From positions 5,899 through 69,898 of IMG/VR virus record IMGVR_UViG_3300042561_000402: a stretch of 64,000 bases of DNA, one strand, 5' to 3'. This DNA is from a virus. The notes beneath the pieces were generated by a model, which worked only from the letters and a program-made list of their open reading frames with translations, was not told the DNA's origin and made no database searches. Positions 8,360 through 16,359 of the stretch are shown in pieces; positions within the stretch are counted from its first letter, which is position 1, and each line of letters opens with the position of its first letter. Made by a program: the position numbers and the translations under genes.

Positions 8360-8736
8360 AGGAAATCCCCGCAGGCTATGTGGAAGTAAGCAAAGGAGTC
8401 TATGAGCGAATCGATACAATCCAACGAACCTTTCTTAACCGTAAGAGTGCCAGCAGTAACGCCAAGCCTAAACGCGCTGTTCGCAATGAACCACTGGCGA
8501 AGGGCGGCAGCAAAAAAGAAAATACAGGACGCATTCACATCCGCCTTACGGCAAGAAGGAAACGACTTATTGACCCAGACAATCTCGTTTTCAAATACTT
8601 CATTGACTGCCTCCGCTATGCTGGAGCAATTCCAGATGACCGTGCGGAAGATGTCACTATTGAAACGAAGCAAGAAAAAACTCGTCAAAAAGAAGAGACG
8701 ATTATAGAGTTGTTCCGTGAATCAAAAGCAGTTTGA
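8356..8736 (+). CDS. RusA-like Holliday junction resolvase, catalytic C-terminal half
   Basis: RLIDPDNLVFKYFIDCLRYAGAIPDD matches the RusA D-x-D-N..K..D..G...DD core. Confidence 0.75.
   Translation: MKEIPAGYVEVSKGVYERIDTIQRTFLNRKSASSNAKPKRAVRNEPLAKGGSKKENTGRIHIRLTARRKRLIDPDNLVFKYFIDCLRYAGAIPDDRAEDVTIETKQEKTRQKEETIIELFRESKAV
8402..8707 (+). CDS. RusA-like N-terminal half, nested in another frame
   Basis: LTVRVPAVTPSLNALFAMNHWRRAAAKKKIQ resembles the RusA-like N-terminal strand, PSLN and helix. Confidence 0.55.
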   Translation: MSESIQSNEPFLTVRVPAVTPSLNALFAMNHWRRAAAKKKIQDAFTSALRQEGNDLLTQTISFSNTSLTASAMLEQFQMTVRKMSLLKRSKKKLVKKKRRL

Positions 8737-8865
8737 TGATGATCTAAAAGTCGCCTACGATGACACGGGTGTTCTGATGCCATTTCCAGAACAAGAAGAA
8801 GGCTTTTGCGACAATCCTATCAGAAGGCTGTTTGAACAAGTTGAGGAAACCGATGTCGAAGAAGA

Positions 8866-9444
8866 GTGACGATGGATCAGGCAACAATCAACTTTCTGGG
8901 GCGGTCTATTCTTAAATACCGCCAATTCAAGCTTTCGTTTGTTCCTCAAAAGTATCTCATCACGGGCAAGGCCACCTCTGTGGGGTGGGCAGATGATAAA
9001 GAACTTCGTATAGCCACCAAGCGGCCTGTATCCACATGGCTAGATGTTTTTGTCCATGAGACCTGTCACTTAGATCAACAACTCCAAAGACCTAAGTGGC
9101 ATGATGTCAGGGAGGATGCCCTTGGGAAGCTGGATGAATGGCTTGCTGGTAAGAAGGTAGACTATGTGGATAAATACATACGCCTCGTTGTTGAACTGGA
9201 GTGGGATTGTGAGAAGAGATCCATTCGAAAACTTGCCCGCAACAAACTACCCGTAGATCTTAAACGCTATGCACAAATGGCCAACGCCTACATCTTGGGC
9301 TACCATTGGATGTTCAACAATCGCAAGTGGTGCAAGAAGAGCTACGAAACCACACGCATCTGGAGCCTGATGCCCGAAAAAATTATCCCTCTAAATACTG
9401 CGTTATTTCCCCCTAGCAAACTTACCGATCCGTACTATGATTGA
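8866..9444 (+). CDS. putative zinc metallopeptidase
   Basis: VFVHETCH (HExxH) with downstream ELEWDCE. Confidence 0.65.
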   Translation: MTMDQATINFLGRSILKYRQFKLSFVPQKYLITGKATSVGWADDKELRIATKRPVSTWLDVFVHETCHLDQQLQRPKWHDVREDALGKLDEWLAGKKVDYVDKYIRLVVELEWDCEKRSIRKLARNKLPVDLKRYAQMANAYILGYHWMFNNRKWCKKSYETTRIWSLMPEKIIPLNTALFPPSKLTDPYYD

Positions 9445-9706
9445 CCTAATGAATAACGGGCTCAATGGCAGTAGCGACTACATCCCATGTCCCGCCTGTT
9501 CACAGCTTGATAAAATCAAGCAGCTACTTTCTGAATACCAGACATTTACAGGCGAAAGCCCAATCATCTCAATTGACCTACTAATTTCGGAAGTCAAGAT
9601 GTGGAGAGCCAAAGACTCCTACGAGCGGAAACTTAAAACCTCCATGATATCTAATATGGTCAAGAGTATGGAAAAACAAGGACTCCAAATCGATGAAAAC
9701 AATTGA
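9437..9706 (+). CDS. hypothetical protein
   Basis: Overlaps both neighbours; CPAC. Confidence 0.55.
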   Translation: MIDLMNNGLNGSSDYIPCPACSQLDKIKQLLSEYQTFTGESPIISIDLLISEVKMWRAKDSYERKLKTSMISNMVKSMEKQGLQIDENN

Positions 9707-10139
9707 GTCCAAGTGGCAGGGGCGGTTTATCAAGTTGGCCGAGGAAGTCTCCACATGGAGTAAAGATCCATCGTCACAAGTTGGCGCTGTCATTGTCCGA
9801 CCAGACCGAACCATAGCATCTGTGGGATTCAATGGCTTCCCAAGGGGTGTGGATGATAGCGAACACCGAATCACCAACAGAGAGGTTAAGCTTCTCTACA
9901 CCATCCACGCCGAGATGAATGCCATCCTATCGGCCAAAGAGCCATTAACAGGATATTCCCTTTTTGTCTGGCCATTCCAACCATGTGCCCATTGTGCGGC
10001 GTCTATCATTCAATCGGGAATCAAGGATGTGTATTGCCCATTCAATGCCCATTTGGATAGCTACGAGCGTTGGTCTGAATCTTTCAAAGCCGCCCTCCAG
10101 ATGTTTGACGAGGCCGATGTTAGGGTTATTTTCTCTTGA
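9693..10139 (+). CDS. dCMP deaminase
   Basis: SKDPSSQVGAVI, GFNGFPRG, HAEMNA, PCAHC. Confidence 0.93.
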   Translation: MKTIESKWQGRFIKLAEEVSTWSKDPSSQVGAVIVRPDRTIASVGFNGFPRGVDDSEHRITNREVKLLYTIHAEMNAILSAKEPLTGYSLFVWPFQPCAHCAASIIQSGIKDVYCPFNAHLDSYERWSESFKAALQMFDEADVRVIFS

Positions 10140-10177
10140 CATTGAACGAGTTCCGACATTAAGTGTCTTACTTAACT

Positions 10178-10855
10178 ATGAGCAATGGGCTTACAAGAGT
10201 CTTTGAGTGGTTTAGCGGATGGAGAGAATACTCTCAATTTGAACATGACCATGAGGGCTACATTACTGTTGAGCGAGTCGGAGAACACGGGTCTGCAATG
10301 TTTCTTTGGAGGGTTGACAAAGATCCCGTTCACCTCGATTGTATGTACATGGACGGGAAAACTTTCGTCCGATTCAGCAACAACCACCATTAATTTATGG
10401 AAGAAAACAAAAACCAACAACGACTACAAATCGCCACGCAAATTGCCCAAGGGCTTCTTGCTTCACAAAATCCCGAAAAAGGATGGAACCTTGATACTCT
10501 TTCCATTCTGGCACTTAAAATTGCAGACAATCTTGTGCATTTTAACGAAATGGAAAAGCTCCCAGAGCTTATCACTGCTGGCAAAAAAGAAGAGTAATTT
10601 ATGAGCGAAGAAACAAAACAGGAAAAACCATCCGAAGAACTTACCAAGCGCGTTAACGGCGCTTATGTAGCCAAGGATTACACGCTGCTTAACGGCGGCA
10701 CCGACAACATCGTAATGATTCAAGGAGAGCGCGAAGGCGTTGATCCCGTGGACGTTCTCCTCACCTATGAGGGAATGGAAGAAGTTGTGGCATCCCTCAA
10801 GGAATCCACCACGCCGAAACAAGAAGAAGTCAAAGAAGAATCTTCTGATGACTAG
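10178..10855 (+). other. three small hypothetical CDS (10178-10393, 10397-10597, 10601-10855)
   Basis: Contiguous ATG ORFs 3 nt apart, downstream of TTGACA at 10136. Confidence 0.65.
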
Positions 10856-11006
10856 CATCTGGCTGATAGGTGCGGTAGGTATCTGCTATGGTATTGTCTC
10901 TCTAGAGCAGGCTGTGCGCGGAAACTACGCCCTGTCAGTCATCTGGGGAGGATATTGTTTCTCCCAATGGGGACTACTTTGGATCACGCTTTACGGAACC
11001 AAGTAA
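10848..11006 (+). CDS. small two-TM membrane protein
   Basis: MTSIWLIGAVGICYGIVSLEQAVRGNYALSVIWGGYCFSQWGLLWI. Confidence 0.6.
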   Translation: MTSIWLIGAVGICYGIVSLEQAVRGNYALSVIWGGYCFSQWGLLWITLYGTK

Positions 11007-11057
11007 TTCTGGCATAATTCCAGCTTCGTTCTTTTACAGAAAGGAGGTGGAAAGGAA

Positions 11058-11198
11058 TTGAACAACTACTACACTAATGAATTCGGTATTGTCTACGGCC
11101 CCTATGGGGGGATTGGCTACGCCCCGCGACTCAAAACGAAGCAGGATAAACCCAACTGTTTCGGTTTGTGCCGCTGGTTTGCGTATCTCTTTCTGTAG
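11058..11198 (+). CDS. 46-aa peptide with a strong Shine-Dalgarno
   Basis: AAAGGAGGTG upstream of a TTG start; followed by two hairpins. Confidence 0.5.
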   Translation: MNNYYTNEFGIVYGPYGGIGYAPRLKTKQDKPNCFGLCRWFAYLFL

Positions 11199-11224
11199 AC
11201 AACGGGTTCAAACTACAGAAACAA

Positions 11225-11260
11225 AGGGAGGGGGCAATTAGCCTCCTCCCTATTTATTTT
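11225..11260 (+). terminator. intrinsic terminator-like hairpin
   Basis: AGGGAGGGGGC-AATTA-GCCTCCTCCCT followed by ATTTATTTT. Confidence 0.6.
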
Positions 11261-11551
11261 ATGGAAGCTATAGGATCTATCTACGCAATGCTGGCCTGTT
11301 TGTTTATCGGCTGGTGGAAAGTTACGGGCAAGCATCTTGACTGATGGTTGACTAATTATCTCAATGGTTGACTCATTTGTGGCTATTGTTTTTTGGGGGG
11401 CTATGCTTATCGTGGCCCTCAAGGTCATCAAAGACCGCATTAAACCTGAATAACAATGAAGCTAACCACAATAGTTGCAGCCTCTATCCTAGCGATAATC
11501 TTTTGGGGAACATTCTCCTATGGCATCTATGCCCTCCTATACTGGGAATAA
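11261..11551 (+). other. three tiny hydrophobic ORFs (11261-11344, 11364-11453, 11456-11551)
   Basis: 27, 29 and 31 aa single-TM peptides read directly from the sequence. Confidence 0.5.
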
Positions 11552-11733
11552 GCTAGAGAGGTGGATCAAAACCCGATCTGAGGACGAAGTTAAAGTAATG
11601 AACTTCCTCCAAGAATACGGGGTGGTGAGCGATAATGCTGTCTGGGCCAAGGATGTGGGGAATGATGGAAAGGCCATGCGGTGTATGGCGATAAACTTTG
11701 AACGCTTCAAAACCTACGCTGTCTAATATCGCA

Positions 11734-12189
11734 ATGGACACATGCTACGACACTGGTAGAAAGGCTGAGTATTGCTTTGCCCGCCATCTTGACAGCCCGC
11801 GATTCTCCACCCCCCAAGAGGACATAGAAGAGCATTGGGATGTAGTGAGTAATAATTTAAAATACGATGTTAAGGCGATGAAAAAGTGGAATCGGGCCGA
11901 CCCCGAACCCACAGATCGTATGCACTACATCGAACTACGCAACGTCAACGGAGATCTGGGCTGGCTTTACGGAGAAGCAGACTACATCGTCTTTGAGACC
12001 CGCGCCCACTGGATAGTGGTCAAACGCCGCACCCTCATGCCTTTTATCGAAGGATTGACAGAAAATAGTGAACAAAGCTTGAAACCCGCTGTCTATAGAC
12101 TTTACCAACGCAATGGTAGAAAAGATCTGATGACCGTAGTGCCTACAGTAGACCTACTGGCCATTAGTGAAGAGATAATAAAGAAATAA
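11734..12189 (+). CDS. PD-(D/E)XK nuclease-like protein
   Basis: EHWDV..YDVK..YIELRNVNGDLGWLYGEADYIVFE. Confidence 0.6.
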   Translation: MDTCYDTGRKAEYCFARHLDSPRFSTPQEDIEEHWDVVSNNLKYDVKAMKKWNRADPEPTDRMHYIELRNVNGDLGWLYGEADYIVFETRAHWIVVKRRTLMPFIEGLTENSEQSLKPAVYRLYQRNGRKDLMTVVPTVDLLAISEEIIKK

Positions 12190-12196
12190 AATAACT

Positions 12197-12409
12197 ATGA
12201 ATAACCAACAAAAAGACAATTCGGGAGCCTTATTCCCGAACAAAAGCGACAACCCCAAAGCCCCGACCCACAAGGGTAAGGTGATGGTCAATGGAGTCCT
12301 CCTCGACGTTGCGGGCTGGAAACAGAAGTCCCAAAAGGGAGTGGACTACGTCAGCCTTAAGTTCTCTCCTCCTTACAAGAAGGAAGAAGAAGTAGACGAG
12401 GCATTCTAA
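12197..12409 (+). CDS. DUF736-like small ssDNA-binding protein
   Basis: SGALFPN..P.HKG..VAGW..YVSLKF with acidic tail EEEVDEAF. Confidence 0.65.
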   Translation: MNNQQKDNSGALFPNKSDNPKAPTHKGKVMVNGVLLDVAGWKQKSQKGVDYVSLKFSPPYKKEEEVDEAF

Positions 12410-12471
12410 TTTAGGGTGTCAGCCCATGGGGTGGGGGGTAATTCGACCTATCTCCCGCCCCAATCCTTCAC

Positions 12472-13638
12472 ATGAATACAACAATTGCACAGCTTAACGA
12501 CGATCTGGCCCACGCCGAAGCTACGTTAAGATCTCTGTTGGAATCCACCCGCGACTGGATGGATAGCGACATCAAGGAGTCTGGAGAAGACTTCGTTAAG
12601 GGGCTGCAACGCCGAATCATAGACCGCCACCCCCAACTAGGGTGGGTTATTGACCCATTGGAGTTCTAATGGCTGGCAAGGGAGACAAACCAAGGAAAGT
12701 AAATGGCCCGAAGTATCGGGACAACTACGACTCCATCAAGTGGGGGAAGAAAAAAACAGTTGACACAAAGAAGCCCGAACCCAAATGAGCAAAAACCTCC
12801 ACCTCCATAGAGACAGACTAAGCGGCAAAAACGTACCATTACCCCAAAACAGAGTGCCCATGGACAAAATGAACAAACTCTTAAAGCAAGGAAGGCTACT
12901 TCCCATCTACAACGCCGTAGGAGAAACCTTGTGCCTCGTTGGCTATCGACGCAAGCCAACCAGCAGAAAAGCCCACCAGCGGCCCTTTATGCTCAAACAG
13001 CCCATACCCTTGGGCCCAATCGAGACCAACCCCGAAACAGAATGACCACAGTAGAAGCAGACAGGCTCCTAAAGGAAAGAGAAGAAAGCGTAGTATTCGC
13101 AGACGGCCTAGAAGAAGCCTTTATTGGAATAGGCTATCAGTTCAATGACCCCATAGCCATCTACTCCAAGTCCAAAGCCATCCAATGCTTCATTAAGGAG
13201 GGCATGAACGAGGAGCAAGCCTACGAATACTTCGACTACAACGTGGCTGGAGCCTATGTCGGGGGGGCTACCCCAATCTTCCTAGAAGATGGTGATTGAG
13301 TACAAAATGTGAAATAGTTCAATTTTGGCTTGAATAAACCCCTGTAGTTAACAGTCAAATCCCGAAATATGAAAGTCTCCATACGCACAGCATATAGGAT
13401 AGTCAAGAAGACCGAAGACCCCGAAGTCCCCATCTTCATCCCCCAATACCAAGAAGAGGGAAGCGAAGACTGGTACAGCTTCAAAGTTCCTATCAATGGA
13501 AGAAGCGGGGGTTATAATACCATCTACTTCTACACGTTTTTAAAAGCTAGAAGATACATAGACCACCAAAAGGCCACACAAGACATTATTATTCATTATG
13601 ATGATGAATATGGGGAATGGGTGGAAAACCCATCCTAG
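12472..13638 (+). other. five small hypothetical CDS (12472-12669, 12669-12788, 12785-13045, 13042-13299, 13369-13638)
   Basis: First four are coupled; common phage motifs MAGKGDKPR..NYDSI and ADGLEEAFIG..EYFDYNVAGAYVG..TP. Confidence 0.65.
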
Positions 13639-13917
13639 GCCCATTTAAACGCAAATAATCCCCATTTACGGGGCCATATGTCGATAAAAACGGAATCCTT
13701 ATACACATTCCCCCCAATATGTATAAGCCATAGACATATTAAAGGATAGGGCCCATTCCTTTAATAGCGCAACCCGTTATAAAACCAGCCCCGAATTTAT
13801 AACAGAGAAAAATATTTAAGACTGGGTTCGCCTTAAATAAGGGGGTAGAGGGTTCTCCAGAAAGAGAAGAGACGGGGGTGGGGGTGATGTACAGTCATTC
13901 GATTGTATAATGCATAC

Positions 13918-14012
13918 AACGCTACGCTCTACCGCCCCTATATAAGGGCGGATAGCGCGATAGCGTCCACGCTATACCACGCTCAAATAGCGTCCCATAG
14001 CGTTGTAGCGTT
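13918..14012. repeat. phased TAGCG/CGCT(A) repeats
   Basis: Copies at ~13920, 13925, 13953, 13961, 13970, 13980, 13988, 13998, 14006. Confidence 0.55.
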
Positions 14013-14099
14013 CATTACAAATTATTACTTGACGGGTTACTTTTGCACAGAAAATTTTCGAGAGGGGGTATTTCAGGATAAAGGTATGTCCGCCAGCGA

Positions 14100-14605
14100 A
14101 GGGTGGGGGGTGGGACGGGTGTGGTGGGGGGGCAATTGCTGGGCCTGTGAGGCTCTGGGAGGGCTCCGTGCCTGCTATCCCCTGACCGCGCCCCGCTTCC
14201 CCATCATCTCCTCCCGCAGGACTGTTCTACACTGTGCCCCCCCTTGCCCGCGCTTCCCCTCTGTGGCGCTTCCGTCCTTTCCCCGCCCCTCTGTGGGCTC
14301 GCCCCCTCTATCCGCCCCCCTGTGGGCGTATGGGCCCGCCGCCCCCCTATACCGCCCCTCTCCACCCTGCCCCCTGTGGGCTCCCCCGCCTCTGTGAGTA
14401 TGACCACCGCACCCCGCCCCTTCTCTGTTCCTGTGGCATCCTCGCGCCATTGGATGGCATAGGACATCAATGTCTTACCCCTCCCTTCCCGCACTGTGGC
14501 AATGGTGGATCTGGCAGGATCTGTGCCAACCTGTGGAAATGATGGGAAATATATTTTCCCCCGATGATGATTTATTTGAAAATATTACTTGCCTTGGTTC
14601 TGTGG
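14100..14605. repeat. G-run/C-run non-coding region with repeated CTGTG(G); candidate genome end or origin
   Basis: About 11 co-oriented CTGTG copies, often CCC(T/C)CTGTGG; skew flips from G-rich to C-rich near 14165; lies before the early genes. Confidence 0.55.
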
Positions 14606-14616
14606 TTCGCTACCTT
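14573..14616 (+). promoter_or_regulatory. early promoter 1
   Basis: TATTTGAAAATATTACTTGCC-N17-TACCTT; near-identical copy at 16287. Confidence 0.7.
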
Positions 14617-14627
14617 TGTCCTTGGTT

Positions 14628-15253
14628 ATGAATAAATCATACTTCACCCAACAGGAGGACGGCTCGTTTCGTCCTATCACCTTCAATCAATCCAACCTGT
14701 CCGACATCATCGCGGACGTTATCGGCCAAGAATTCAAGTCTGCTCTGGCGGATAAGGTTCGCGGTCTCATCGATTCGGTGGATCTTGGCAATCGTATCGA
14801 ATCCGCCCTCGATGGGGTTGACCTCGATGACATTGCAGAAGAAGCAGTGCGCGATGAAATCAACAATCGTGTGGAAAACTTGGATATCTCGGTTGATGTC
14901 TCAATCTAATCCCATGACTGCTATCATTGCACACGAAGCAACAGGAACCATCTGCCGCTTGTCGGAGGATCACGATTCCACCCCAACAGCAACGTGGGTT
15001 GAAAGATTCAAAGGCAATTGCTGGCAGTGGGAAAGCATGACCTCCCAGCCTTTCGCGGAGATTGTGAAAGAGTATAACGAGAAAGGTTATATCTGCTTGG
15101 CAGTTGAGAAGTAAGCACGGGGGGATGCTTCGGCGTCCCTCCCTCTTAACCCTTAACCACACTACCATGATCGAAATAACTACACTCCAAACCCTGCTGG
15201 AACTTGCCATGATGCTCTTTCTCGGTGCGCTGGCCTTAATCCTCTGGGAGTAA
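14628..15253 (+). other. three early small CDS (14628-14909, 14914-15114, 15167-15253)
   Basis: ATG ORFs after the promoter; the first is very acidic, the third a single-TM peptide; UUCG hairpin at 15119-15143. Confidence 0.6.
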
Positions 15254-15258
15254 TCACC

Positions 15259-15960
15259 ATGTACCTGATCCATCAAACCGACAAGATAGCGGTCATTGCT
15301 ACCGCGAATAGCACTAACAGGAAAACTGGCAAATCTGTTCAGCTATGGATCCTCGACGCCACCATGCATCCGCACGAATCAAGGCAATCGGGCCATGACG
15401 CAGAGAACCAGTGCGCGGGATGTCCCTTTGCTTCTGGCAATGGGTGCTACGTCTCGCCTAATGCTTTGGGCTCGATCTGGAGAAAATACCAGCGCGGCGG
15501 ATATCCTGCTTTGATAATGGGTTCCCATGAGTGGAACCAATTTTTCTCTGTCGATTACGTCCGCTTTGGAGCGTATGGCAATCCCTCTCTTATCCCTCTG
15601 GAAATGGTCAAGGACATTGCCAGCAAAGCCCAGAAGATCACTGGTTACTTCCATGATTGGCACATGATGCCTATTGATTCGGCCAAAGCCTATGGCAACT
15701 TCTTTATGGCATCCTGCGAGCCAGACAACTATGGCAAGGCTCAATCCCTTGGCCTGCGAACGTTCACAGTAGTATCTGATGCCCTACCATCTGCTGGGAT
15801 TGAATGCCTTGCAGATGCCAAAGGGATGACTTGCAAGCAGTGCGGACTATGTGACGGCAACAGACGCACGGCAAACCGAGCCAAACCCCTTCCCAATATT
15901 TTCATCACTGCACATGGTTACCAAGTGGCAAAAGCCAAAGCTATGGCAATGGTGAACTAA
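15259..15960 (+). CDS. gp88-like Cys-rich (radical-SAM-like) phage protein
   Basis: NRKTG, CAGCP..GCY, VRFGAYGNPS, FMAS, CKQCGLC, AHG. Confidence 0.65.
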   Translation: MYLIHQTDKIAVIATANSTNRKTGKSVQLWILDATMHPHESRQSGHDAENQCAGCPFASGNGCYVSPNALGSIWRKYQRGGYPALIMGSHEWNQFFSVDYVRFGAYGNPSLIPLEMVKDIASKAQKITGYFHDWHMMPIDSAKAYGNFFMASCEPDNYGKAQSLGLRTFTVVSDALPSAGIECLADAKGMTCKQCGLCDGNRRTANRAKPLPNIFITAHGYQVAKAKAMAMVN

Positions 15961-15979
15961 CCCAAACCAATAACATAAC

Positions 15980-16237
15980 ATGACAACATTAAATCAACCT
16001 GTTAAGCGTAGCCTGTCCACCATTGCCCAAGAGATCAGAAAAGACTGGGGTGCAAAGGTCAACTTTGCGGCCAAGCCCTATCTGTCTGCTATGATGGGTC
16101 TCGACTCGATCAATGACCAGTATGGGTATGATGATGCGCGGAGCATTGTCCTGTATTTCCTCTCCAATGCCTCCTCATGGCGGGGCGAGAATGCTAAACG
16201 CATCAAAGCGGAGCTAAAGACTTTGGTGAAGAGGTAA
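15980..16237 (+). CDS. early hypothetical protein
   Basis: IRKDW..AKPYL..YFLSNASSWRGENAKRIKAELK. Confidence 0.75.
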   Translation: MTTLNQPVKRSLSTIAQEIRKDWGAKVNFAAKPYLSAMMGLDSINDQYGYDDARSIVLYFLSNASSWRGENAKRIKAELKTLVKR

Positions 16238-16241
16238 CCAC

Positions 16242-16276
16242 AAGGGGAGAGGGTAGCAATATCCTCTCCCCTTTTT
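16242..16276 (+). terminator. intrinsic terminator
   Basis: GGGGAGAGGGTA-GCAA-TATCCTCTCCCC-TTTTT. Confidence 0.85.
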
Positions 16277-16286
16277 CCGCTCAAAA

Positions 16287-16330
16287 TATTTGAAATTTTT
16301 ACTTGCCCACAACACCTAACCCGATACCAT
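16287..16330 (+). promoter_or_regulatory. early promoter 2
   Basis: TATTTGAAATTTTTACTTGCC-N17-TACCAT. Confidence 0.7.
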
Positions 16331-16359
16331 CCAAGTCGAAAGGAGTCAGAAGGAACACC

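Noticed and set aside
13903-14542. Pro/Gly/Arg-rich ORFs on both strands
   Set aside because: Artefacts of C/G runs with few stop codons
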